Below, piece after piece: positions 28,218 through 36,691 of a DNA stretch of 64,000 bases (its first letter is position 1; each line of letters starts with the position of its first letter). The stretch comes from Spirochaetia bacterium (GTDB taxonomy: Bacteria > Spirochaetota > Spirochaetia > SP-2023). The notes under the pieces were generated by a model, which saw only the letters and a program-made list of their open reading frames with translations, ran no database searches and was not told where the DNA came from. The DNA is taken from the NCBI GenBank assembly GCA_965225855.1, contig CBDDCK010000004.1, positions 96,001 to 160,000 of the forward strand, written 5' to 3'. The position numbers were made by a program, and so were the translations under genes.

Positions 28218-30356
28218 ATGTATAAGCTCAAACTACTTTTATTGCCTGTAGCATTGCTACTGGCCTTTATGGCCTTTGCCTGCGCACCACCCGATGACGA
28301 TGATCGATCTTCTGGGCCGACTATCAATAACGCCATCTACGACTTTGCTACGGCTATCTTAACTGTACAAGGTACTCACTTAGGTGGTGCGCAACAAGCG
28401 CAAATCCAAACCATCACGGTAGGAAGCCGAACAAATGGTGTAGCCTTAAGTTCCTATACTGCAGATGACCCAGCCACTGGGCCAGATAGTCGCAGTCTTG
28501 CAAAAGGTAAGTACCGTATTAAAAGCGATGGCACAGCGCTTTGGCTGAAACTTACCGATGACGATAAAGCTACTCTTGAGGCCAAGGTGGGTAGCGATGG
28601 TCTAAAAAAAGGGTTGCTTACTAGCACTGGTGCTTGGGCGGGTTTAAATACAGCCAAAGACTTGGAAGTTAGTAATGTACCCGAAAATAAGCAGTCTAAA
28701 GTATCCGATGACAATCAGCCATCTAAGCAAACTGAAGACGAACAAGCTGAAGAAGTCGAACAAACTGAAGAAGACGAACAAGACGAACAAACCGAAGAGC
28801 AGTCGCCTAAGCAACCTAAAGACGAACAAGACGAAGAAGAGTCGCCTAAGCAACCTAAAGACGAACAAGTCGAACAAGCTGAAGAAGAGTCGCCTAAAGC
28901 TGCAATTACCCGTGCAACCTACGATGTTGGCACGGCGCTGTTAACCTTGCAAGGTACTGACTTAGGTAGTGCAACCCAAGCGCAAATCCAAACTATCACG
29001 GTAGATGGCCTAGCCTTAAATTCCTATTCTCCAGATGACGATGCTACTGGGCTAAATAGTCGTGGTCTGGCAAAAGGTAAGTACCGCATGCATAGCGCTG
29101 GCACAGCGCTTTGGCTTTACCTTACCGATACCGATAAAACTACTCTGAATGGCAAGGACGGTATGGATACCAATGGTCTAAAAAAAGGGTTGCTTAGCGT
29201 TGGCTCTGGTGCTTGGGCGGGTTTAAATACAGCCAAAGCCTTGGCCGTTAGTGGAAACCCACCCGCAATTACCCGTGCAACCTATGATGTAAATACGGGT
29301 AAATTAGTGATTACAGGTACTAATTTACCGTCAACAGTGTATGATGGCTGGGACTTTAGCAAATTGAGGTTTGTCGCAGGTAATGGTCGTAAGAGTGCCC
29401 CATTATTACGGCACCACCCATATCCAGAAAACTTCGCCATAGGTTCTGCAGGAAGTGCAACAAGCTTAACGATTACTTTAGGGGGTAGTGAAAAAAGGAA
29501 AGCCGATGCTATATTGGTTAACGATGGTGATAGTGATGCTAATGGTCAATACAACCTGGAAGCAGCAGCAGGATTTGCAGGTGGTAGCGCTGGAGACACA
29601 ACCAATCCTATTACCGTTAGTGGGTATACAGCCAGAATCACCAGAGCAACCTACGATGCTAATACAGGCCAGTTAGTGATTGTAGGTTACAATTTACCGA
29701 AAACAGTTGCAGACTGGGACTTTAGCAAATTGACGCTTGTATCCGGTGATGGTAAGAAGAGATACACATTACCCCGGCACTCAACCACAGGTGCAAACAC
29801 AGCCACAGGTTCTCGTGCAAGTAGAGTCAGCTTAACGATTACTTTAAGCGGTACTGTAAAAGCGGAAGCCAATAAGATACTGGTTAAGAATGGTGATAGT
29901 GATGATAATGGTGCATACAACCTGGAAGCAGCAGCAGAATTTGCAGGTGGTAGGGCTGAAGACACAAGCAACCCGATTACCGTTAGTGGCTACGTAAGCT
30001 TGCTCAACACCGTATCATATATAACTCATAGAAGCGTGTTAAATATTAGTGGTAGCAGGTTACCGACAGCAGTTGCAGAGTGGGACTTTAGCAAATTGAC
30101 GCTTGTATCCGGTGATGGTAAGAAGAGATACACATTACCCCGGCACTCAACTACAGGTGCAAACAAAGCCACAGGTTCTCGTGCAAGTGCAACAAGCTTA
30201 AATATTACTTTAAGCGGTATTGTAAAAGCCAAAGTCGAGGCTATACTGGTTAAGTCTGGTTTTGGTGATGCTAATGGTGCATACAACCTGGAAGCAGCAG
30301 CAGAATTTGTACCTGGTAGCGCAGAAGACCTAACCACTAGTATATTCAAGTTATAA
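28218..30356 (+). CDS. Surface lipoprotein with repeated beta-rich (Ig-like) domains, copy 1 (A-linker-A-B-B-B)
   Basis: GGAGG RBS; signal MYKLKLLLLPVALLLAFMAFA-C; repeats ITRATYD..TG.LVITG.NLP..WDFSKL..YNLEAAA; E/Q/P-rich linker. Confidence 0.85.
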   Translation: MYKLKLLLLPVALLLAFMAFACAPPDDDDRSSGPTINNAIYDFATAILTVQGTHLGGAQQAQIQTITVGSRTNGVALSSYTADDPATGPDSRSLAKGKYRIKSDGTALWLKLTDDDKATLEAKVGSDGLKKGLLTSTGAWAGLNTAKDLEVSNVPENKQSKVSDDNQPSKQTEDEQAEEVEQTEEDEQDEQTEEQSPKQPKDEQDEEESPKQPKDEQVEQAEEESPKAAITRATYDVGTALLTLQGTDLGSATQAQIQTITVDGLALNSYSPDDDATGLNSRGLAKGKYRMHSAGTALWLYLTDTDKTTLNGKDGMDTNGLKKGLLSVGSGAWAGLNTAKALAVSGNPPAITRATYDVNTGKLVITGTNLPSTVYDGWDFSKLRFVAGNGRKSAPLLRHHPYPENFAIGSAGSATSLTITLGGSEKRKADAILVNDGDSDANGQYNLEAAAGFAGGSAGDTTNPITVSGYTARITRATYDANTGQLVIVGYNLPKTVADWDFSKLTLVSGDGKKRYTLPRHSTTGANTATGSRASRVSLTITLSGTVKAEANKILVKNGDSDDNGAYNLEAAAEFAGGRAEDTSNPITVSGYVSLLNTVSYITHRSVLNISGSRLPTAVAEWDFSKLTLVSGDGKKRYTLPRHSTTGANKATGSRASATSLNITLSGIVKAKVEAILVKSGFGDANGAYNLEAAAEFVPGSAEDLTTSIFKL
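28730..28898 (+). repeat. Imperfect coding tandem repeats (EQ.EE.SPKQPKD) in lipoprotein copy 1 linker
   Basis: Recurrent GACGAACAAG and AGTCGCCTAAGCAACCTAAAGACGAACAAG units. Confidence 0.85.
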
Positions 30357-30443
30357 GTTGGTAAGTAGGGTTTGGTTGTTGCAACGCTTGCATTGGCCAA
30401 TAGCAGCCTTGGTAAATTTTTTATCGTGGTTGGTTTTATCAAA

Positions 30444-30584
30444 TTATAGCCTTGGTATGGAGAAAATACCAAGGCTATAAATTTTTTTATTAAGGCTGTA
30501 AATTTTTTTGTCAAGGCTGTAAATTTTTTTATTAAGGCTGCTTTTGCCAATTATAGCCTTGGTATGGAGAAAATAGCAAGGCTG
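30444..30584. repeat. Perfect 15-bp hairpin, 21-bp tandem array, then a second degenerate hairpin copy
   Basis: TTATAGCCTTGGTAT-ggagaaa-ATACCAAGGCTATAA (30444-30480); AAGGCTRTAAATTTTTTTRTY units at 30471, 30492, 30513 and partial at 30534; hairpin repeated from 30551. Confidence 0.9.
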
Positions 30585-30649
30585 GTACAACCAAGCTAAA
30601 AGGCAAAACCCTGCTAATTAATGGCCTTGATTGGTGATTGTAAATAAAC

Positions 30650-30669
30650 TGATTGATCATTTATAATCA
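30650..30669. promoter_or_regulatory. Putative UlaR-type operator
   Basis: TGATT-N10-AATCA palindrome (TGATTGATCATTTATAATCA) just upstream of the ulaG remnant. Confidence 0.45.
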
Positions 30670-30717
30670 TCACGTTATAGTTGATTATAACTTTTTATAA
30701 ATTTAGGGATTTATACT

Positions 30718-30860
30718 ATGAATATCCAACAACTTAATAAAGAGAAGTGGCTCAATGCAGTTTTTCTGGAATGGGGCACTTTTGCTATAGGGAATGCGAA
30801 TAATCTTGATTGACTTGTGGACGCAGACAGGTAAACGAATGCGTAAAAATCGTATTTAGC
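30718..30860 (+). pseudogene. ulaG: L-ascorbate-6-phosphate lactonase N-terminal remnant
   Basis: MNIQQLNKEKWLNAVFLEWGTF, then frameshifted ILIDLWTQTGKR, resembling the UlaG N-terminus (…WILSTFPEWGSW…VDFWCGTGK). Confidence 0.7.
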
Positions 30861-30920
30861 ATAGATACGGATTTACCATACACAGCGATATTGTAAAATA
30901 GCTCTAAACTTTCAAGATAG

Positions 30921-31631
30921 GTGGAAAATATGGATTTTTCGGAACTGAAGGAACAAGTATACCAAGCGAATATGGGTATCCAAGCCAATGCTTTGGCGCG
31001 TTTAACTTGGGGCAATATTAGTCAGGTAGACCGTAGCTTGGGGGTGTTTGTAATTAAGCCCAGTGGTGTGCCTTATGAACAGCTCCAAGCGCAGAATATG
31101 GTGGTGGTTTCTTTAGAAACAGGTTTGCCGCTGGAAACCCAAACTTTGAAACCTTCTTCCGATACGTCAACCCATTTGGAATTGTACCGCGCTTTTACAG
31201 AGCTGGGAGGCATTTGCCATACCCATTCTCCCTTTTCCTGTGCTTGGGCCCAGGCTCAGCGCGAAATTCCCATATTGGGAACTACCCATGCCGATTATAC
31301 GGTGCAAAATATTCCTTGCACCGCTGTAATGAGTGATGCTGCTATCCAAGGCGATTATGAAGTAGAAACAGGTCGCCAGATTATTGAGCGCATGCAAAAA
31401 TTTAAGCCGACAGAACTTGAAATGATTTTAGTTGCCTGCCATGGTCCTTTTACTTGGGGTAAAAATGGCTTTAAGGCTTTGGAAAATGCAATAGTTCTGG
31501 AAGAAATAGCTAAAATGGCTTTTTATACCGTCCATCTGAATCCACAAGTTTGCGAGCTAAAAGATAGCTTAAAGCATAAACATTACTATCGTAAACACGG
31601 TGCAGGGGCCTATTACGGCCAAAATAGCTAA
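30921..31631 (+). CDS. araD: L-ribulose-5-phosphate 4-epimerase (AraD/UlaF family)
   Basis: TWGNISQ, IKPSGVPY, PSSDTSTH, HTHS, GTTHAD, HGPFTWG, HYYRKHGAGAYYGQ. Confidence 0.95.
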   Translation: MENMDFSELKEQVYQANMGIQANALARLTWGNISQVDRSLGVFVIKPSGVPYEQLQAQNMVVVSLETGLPLETQTLKPSSDTSTHLELYRAFTELGGICHTHSPFSCAWAQAQREIPILGTTHADYTVQNIPCTAVMSDAAIQGDYEVETGRQIIERMQKFKPTELEMILVACHGPFTWGKNGFKALENAIVLEEIAKMAFYTVHLNPQVCELKDSLKHKHYYRKHGAGAYYGQNS

Positions 31632-31644
31632 GAATAGCTAAGCG

Positions 31645-31697
31645 TTACGGCAGTTTATATGTGGGGTGCTATTTAGGGCCTGTATAAACTGCTGTAA
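31645..31697 (+). terminator. Long hairpin after araD, possible terminator
   Basis: TTACGGCAGTTTATA ... TATAAACTGCTGTAA, 15-bp arms with one G-U pair. Confidence 0.5.
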
Positions 31698-32033
31698 TTA
31701 TCCTCGTTTTTATATTCCTTCTTGATTTTAAAAAAGGCCTCTGAGTATCCTATGGCAGACAACACTAAAGCGACCTTTTAGGAAATACGCTAGTACTCAA
31801 GCAAAACGCCATTGCCCAAGTCCAAGCTAAAGCGGACTGGTAACAAGATTCGCACGTAAATGTTGTAAATAGTAACCTACATAGTTTTTATTGAATATTG
31901 CTCTTGTGGGGTTCTGATTACCTAGGTTTGATTATTTTACTTAGCCCTACCCAAGAGAATAGCACGCATTTATGCTACCATGTAGACCAATCAGACATAT
32001 TTGGGTAAAACTATCGCTATGATGGAGTCTATC

Positions 32034-33068
32034 ATGCGTTTTAGTCTATTGCTTTGTGTGTTGCTTGTATTGGTCTCTTGTACTTATAAGCCCCTAATTT
32101 CTGTACCTTTGAACCCCGAGCAAAGCTTGCTCTTTGCCGAATTTAAAAGGCCCGGGCTCTACGGCTCCCAAGTAGAAACTTATGTGGCAACACCAGCTCC
32201 ATTTGCTCTATTGGTTACAGAGCTTAGTTACCGATTGTGGTACAAAGTGTTTCTCTGGGCAGAAAAAGAACGCGGTTATGTATTTAACAATGCAGGTGCA
32301 GAAGGCAGCCGAGGGAATCAAGGTGCCCCACCCAAAGAAATCCCAGACCAAGACGTCTGGGAAACCACAGTACAGGGTGTAAAAGCTAAAGACGTTGGCC
32401 TTCTTTCTAAAAGTGCACAATACCGCAAGAAATATCCTTTACAAATTGGGCAGCCGGTTAGCCAAGTAAGCTGGGGTGATGCTGTGATTTGGTGCAACGC
32501 CTTGAGTGAATATTTAAGCTTTTCTACCGAAAACCAGCGAGAACCTGTATACCGAAACTTAGATGGGGGAATCTTGCGCTCTGCAGATGTAGCCAATAAA
32601 GGGCAATTACAGCGCAAATCCAGAGCTAACGGTTTTCGTCTGCCCACTGAAGGAGAGTGGGAATTGGCAAGCCGCTGGCTAAATGGCCAGCAATGGCTTG
32701 CAGGGGATTGGGCTGCTGGAGCTTTTGGAGACTTTTCTTCACTCAAAGCAACACACCAAGTAGCGTGGTATGGTGGTAACAGTGGTGGTAACAGTTGGCC
32801 GGTAGCCAGCCGCAAGCCAACTGCTGTAGGCCTTTACGATATGAGTGGCAACTTGGCCGAATGGGTCGAAGACATTTTTCAACCCACGCCAGAAAGCCTA
32901 TTAAACTTAATGCAAAGACCTAAGTCCCCTTCTTTGCCTTTCCGTACGATCAAAGGAGGGGCATATCTGTCTCCGCCCAGAGAGTTACAAGTTGCAGGCC
33001 GCTTACCGGCCTTGCCAGAACAAGCCCATAAAAGTATTGGTTTACGCCTAGCTTTCTGGCTAGAATAA
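32034..33068 (+). CDS. Formylglycine-generating enzyme (SUMF1/FGE-sulfatase) domain lipoprotein
   Basis: Signal ...VLVS-C; PVSQVSWGDA..WCN, FRLPTEGEWE, GLYDMSGNLAEW, IGLRL. Confidence 0.88.
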   Translation: MRFSLLLCVLLVLVSCTYKPLISVPLNPEQSLLFAEFKRPGLYGSQVETYVATPAPFALLVTELSYRLWYKVFLWAEKERGYVFNNAGAEGSRGNQGAPPKEIPDQDVWETTVQGVKAKDVGLLSKSAQYRKKYPLQIGQPVSQVSWGDAVIWCNALSEYLSFSTENQREPVYRNLDGGILRSADVANKGQLQRKSRANGFRLPTEGEWELASRWLNGQQWLAGDWAAGAFGDFSSLKATHQVAWYGGNSGGNSWPVASRKPTAVGLYDMSGNLAEWVEDIFQPTPESLLNLMQRPKSPSLPFRTIKGGAYLSPPRELQVAGRLPALPEQAHKSIGLRLAFWLE

Positions 33069-33157
33069 AAAGGTAAGACCAATCATGCCTTATTGCATAT
33101 TTTGAGCAGATTCAATACATTCAGTCCCAGTTATAATGATTTTTAGGGGAATGAAGT

Positions 33158-34177
33158 TTGTTGAAACCAATTAAAGTACTCTCTTTGGACAACAATATTG
33201 GTAATACTATTTTATATGGTTGTTTATTGTCTTTATGCCTATTGTTATTCAGCAGTGCCGGACAAAGCGAAACTTTGTCCTATAGTGAGCATCAAGGCTA
33301 TAGCCTATCCGATATAAATGCAGGCTACATTATTGGCAAAGCCTTAGTACAAGCTTATCCTCAATTAATCGAAGGCCCCATTTGGGAAGAAGACCAAAAA
33401 CAAAATGAGGGGGACTGGGTATTTTATGTACGTGGTAAAAAATTCTTTTGGGTTTCGGGGAGGCTCCTCGATGCTAAGGCGAAAGCAGAGCCCAATTATT
33501 TAGACAAATATAGCCCCTACCGTTTTTATGATTACCCCGATCATTTGCCAGCCCAACCGGGTACGCGCTATGGTTTTCGCAGTAGTCTTTCTTTCAGTGA
33601 TGAGCAACCGTGGCAAGGCTTGCGCAATCTAAGCAGTAGCAGAGGGGTTCGCAACATGGAATTTTTCCACAGTTTGCTGGATGTTTGGAAACGTACAGAT
33701 ATGAAACGCAATGTAATAGAAATCAGTTTTCTGGGCTGTAGCTCCAAAGTGCATCACTTATTAGTTCCGGCATTGAAGCGTATTAATCAAAATCTACATC
33801 AAGCACGCAAAAAAGATAAAAAGCTCGATCGCTTTCTCAATGATTTACGCAGCGCTAGCTCTTACGTTTGGCGCAACGTTGCCGGGACACAAACTTTAAG
33901 TTCACACAGTTATGGAATTGCAATTGATCTAATCCCCAAGCGTTGGCGAGGAGACCCTTATTGGTTGTGGGTAAAAAGAAAAGGGTTAGATTGGCAAAAT
34001 TACCCTTATGAAAAACGGTGGCAAGTTCCCGATGTGGTGGTAAAAGCTTTTGAACAGGAAGGGTTTATTTGGGGCGGTAAATGGTATCGTTTTGATACGA
34101 TGCATTTTGAATATCATCCAGAATTGCGTTTGCTAAAACCGTATTTTCGCAGTTTATTTGGCATAGAGGGTGGCTAA
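33158..34177 (+). CDS. M15 family metallopeptidase (cell-wall peptidase)
   Basis: WRNVAGT..LSSHSYGIAID, GFIWGGKW..FDTMHFEY. Confidence 0.88.
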   Translation: MLKPIKVLSLDNNIGNTILYGCLLSLCLLLFSSAGQSETLSYSEHQGYSLSDINAGYIIGKALVQAYPQLIEGPIWEEDQKQNEGDWVFYVRGKKFFWVSGRLLDAKAKAEPNYLDKYSPYRFYDYPDHLPAQPGTRYGFRSSLSFSDEQPWQGLRNLSSSRGVRNMEFFHSLLDVWKRTDMKRNVIEISFLGCSSKVHHLLVPALKRINQNLHQARKKDKKLDRFLNDLRSASSYVWRNVAGTQTLSSHSYGIAIDLIPKRWRGDPYWLWVKRKGLDWQNYPYEKRWQVPDVVVKAFEQEGFIWGGKWYRFDTMHFEYHPELRLLKPYFRSLFGIEGG

Positions 34178-34265
34178 ACAAATTCTTAATAAATATTGTG
34201 TTCTTTACACTCTAGCCGGTTTTATTATAATCGGCCAACAAATCTTTTCCAAGGTACTATTGATT

Positions 34266-35432
34266 ATGCAGAGAATTCATTATGAACAGGAAGCTCTCCG
34301 AGAAATTGTAGCGAATTTCCATATATATGGGGAATTTGTCGAAGCAAAACTTATGGGACCGGGCAATATTAACTATACGCTTTTATTGACTATGGACCAA
34401 GGTGGTTGCCATGTCCGCTATGTTTTGCAGTGTATTAACGATCAAGTATTTTCCCAGCCTCGCCAGTTGATGGAGAATTATGTTCGTATTACGCAACACT
34501 TGTACCAGAAGTATAAAGAACAGGGAGCTTTAGATATTTCTAGGCGTTGTATTCAGTTACTCTATACTTGGCCCGATAATCAGCAGGGTCGGCAACCTTA
34601 TTTTATTGATGACGATGGCCACCTTTGGCGTTGCTACACGCTGATTGAACGCGTGCTCTCTTTAGAAAAGGTAACGCGCATCCAGCATGCCAGAGCAGCA
34701 GCAGCAGCTTTTGCGCGTTTTCAAAAAGACCTTATCGATTTGCCCAGTGGTTTGGATTTACATTTGACTATTCCTCGTTTTCACGATATTCGCCTACGCT
34801 ACAAGCAGTTTGAAGATGCTATAGAGAAAGACCTATTCCAGCGGGTAGATGAAGCTCAATTAGAGATGGCGTTCTATTATAAACGCAAGGAAGCTTATTG
34901 TGTTCTGGAGAATATGTTTGAAAAAGAGGTTTTGCCTCGGCGCGTTTGCCATAATGACACAAAGATCAGCAATATCTTACTAGATGAGCACAGTGGTGAA
35001 GGGGTTGCCGTGATTGATTTGGATACCGTTATGCCGGGTACTATTCTCTATGATTTTGGTGATTTGGGCCGAACATCGCTTAGCAACTCCAGAGAAGATG
35101 AAACAGATATTCAGCATATCCATGCTCGCATGGGATATTTTGAGGCAATGGTAGAGGGCTTTTTACAAGAATGGAGTAATTCTCTTAGTGATATTGAAGT
35201 AGGGCTGTTAGCATTTGCACCCCGTGTGATGACATTGTTAATTGGCTTACGATTTCTCACTGATTATTTGAATGGTGATATTTATTTTAAGACTCATAGT
35301 GCGAAACATAATTTAGAGCGCACGCGGGCCCACATGGCCTTGGTTGAGTCTATGGAAAAACAGGAAGATTCTATGAACCAAATTGTAGTCAATGTTATTG
35401 ATAGGTTGCATTTAAAGTATGTAAAATTTTGA
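34266..35432 (+). CDS. Aminoglycoside-phosphotransferase-fold kinase (N-acetylhexosamine kinase-like)
   Basis: GNINYT, HNDTKISNIL, VIDLDTVMPG..LYDFGD, RFLTDYLNGDIYFK; start uncertain (ORF begins at 34170). Confidence 0.85.
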   Translation: MQRIHYEQEALREIVANFHIYGEFVEAKLMGPGNINYTLLLTMDQGGCHVRYVLQCINDQVFSQPRQLMENYVRITQHLYQKYKEQGALDISRRCIQLLYTWPDNQQGRQPYFIDDDGHLWRCYTLIERVLSLEKVTRIQHARAAAAAFARFQKDLIDLPSGLDLHLTIPRFHDIRLRYKQFEDAIEKDLFQRVDEAQLEMAFYYKRKEAYCVLENMFEKEVLPRRVCHNDTKISNILLDEHSGEGVAVIDLDTVMPGTILYDFGDLGRTSLSNSREDETDIQHIHARMGYFEAMVEGFLQEWSNSLSDIEVGLLAFAPRVMTLLIGLRFLTDYLNGDIYFKTHSAKHNLERTRAHMALVESMEKQEDSMNQIVVNVIDRLHLKYVKF

Positions 35433-35593
35433 GTTGGTTTTTAAGAGGTTTTCTTCTACTACAAACAATTCCATTTTCTCAAAGATTGATCTTGCAATAG
35501 GATAGCAAGTAGTTATGCCATAAATTTTACAAAGGCTGCAGCAACGGCTTACTTTGCGTTGGGTGGCTATAAGTTATTTTGTTTTTCTATAGT

Positions 35594-35905
35594 TCCATAG
35601 TTATGGATTAGGTAAGTCGATAACTATGGACTAGGTCGGTCGATAGTTGTGAAATAGGTTGTTTCTCAATATTGAATACAGGGCAACTCATTAATTAGCC
35701 AATCGTTAGCAAACAAATAGTTGCCCACAAAAAAAGCAAGCAACCGTACGTTTTACATCAATTTAAGCAGGTCCAAGATACCAATAACTAGATCAAAACT
35801 TGTTCCCATAAACCATTGCATAGCTTCAAAGTGTTCATCTACTTGTTCAAAACGCTTGTCCATTTGTTGTATAAAGTTTTTTAGCAGTTCCCTTTAATTT
35901 TTAAT
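35594..35905. repeat. Left copy of ~300-bp direct repeat (palindromic module + Bdr-like 3' end); right copy at ~38872-39350
   Basis: Shared TCCATAGTTAT..GTCGATARCTATGGACTAGGTCGG, TAGGTTGTTTCTCAATATTGAATACAG and TTACATCAATTTAAGCA. Confidence 0.85.
35753..35905 (-). pseudogene. Truncated Bdr/DUF1640-like gene, paralog of 39032..39568
   Basis: *RELLKNFIQQMDKRFEQVDEHFEAMQWFMGTSFDLVIGILDLLKLM*. Confidence 0.85.
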
Positions 35906-36043
35906 CGTTTCGGACTGTAGTTTTTCCAATAGAGTTCGAGAAAAAATAATTTTTTACTGATCTTATCATGGCGAGCATGAATAAACTTTAGCTATTGTTG
36001 CTGACTTTTTATAATAATAAAGTACAAGGGCTTATAGGGGTTT

Positions 36044-36691
36044 ATGGCAGAAAAATTAATAAAAAGTAGGGAGCGTGTTCGTAACCATGCAGAAGTTTAC
36101 ACCGCAAAGCGTGAAATTAATGCGATGCTGGATTTAGTAAAACAAGAAACAGAATGTATTGATTCCCGATTTTTAGAGCCAGCTTGCGGTAATGGCAATT
36201 TTTTAGTAGCGATTTTGCAAAGAAAAATCGCAGTGATTACCAAAAAGTATAGCAACAATCAAATGGAATTTGAGCGACATAGTATTATTGCCATTGGCAG
36301 CATTTATGGAGTGGATATATTGCAAGACAATGTAAAGGAATGCCGCAGACGCTTGCTGAATATTTTTATAAAAGTATATCGTAAACACTTTAAACATAAA
36401 CCACAATGCATAGATACGATTGCCTACATTTTAAGTAAAAATATCTTATGGGGTGATGCCTTAACATTGAAAACAGTCTGTGGCAAACAAGAATTTATTC
36501 GCTTTGCGGAATGGGTTAGTGTCAATGGTACTATGATAAAACGCCGCGATTACCGCCTAGATAAATTGTTAGAACATCGTTCGTTTAGTGGACAAACTTT
36601 ATTTTCAGATACGGGGAAACAGGACGATATTGCACCGGTATTACAAGACTACCCGCTGACTCATTATCTGGAATTAAATCAATATGAATAA
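36044..36691 (+). CDS. DNA methyltransferase-like subunit (SAM-binding), first gene of an R-M cassette
   Basis: EVYT, FLEPACGNGNFL, IYGVDI, NILWGDAL; no NPPY motif visible. Confidence 0.8.
   Translation: MAEKLIKSRERVRNHAEVYTAKREINAMLDLVKQETECIDSRFLEPACGNGNFLVAILQRKIAVITKKYSNNQMEFERHSIIAIGSIYGVDILQDNVKECRRRLLNIFIKVYRKHFKHKPQCIDTIAYILSKNILWGDALTLKTVCGKQEFIRFAEWVSVNGTMIKRRDYRLDKLLEHRSFSGQTLFSDTGKQDDIAPVLQDYPLTHYLELNQYE

Noticed and set aside
29705..30188. Near-identical B2/B3 segments as a DGR TR/VR pair
   Set aside because: Both are in-frame coding domains, and the differences (C/G, C/T, C/A) are not confined to template adenines
30471..30540. Short arrays here and at 39720-39792 and 52846-52930 as CRISPR
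   Set aside because: Units are contiguous or have very short spacers; there are no unique 25-45-bp spacers and no cas genes
31740..32000. Possible eroded gene between araD and the FGE lipoprotein
   Set aside because: Frames are short and full of stops, with no identifiable motif
32034..33068. FGE-sulfatase lipoprotein as a diversity-generating retroelement target (as for Treponema TvpA)
   Set aside because: No reverse transcriptase and no second copy of its 3' region (template repeat) in the window
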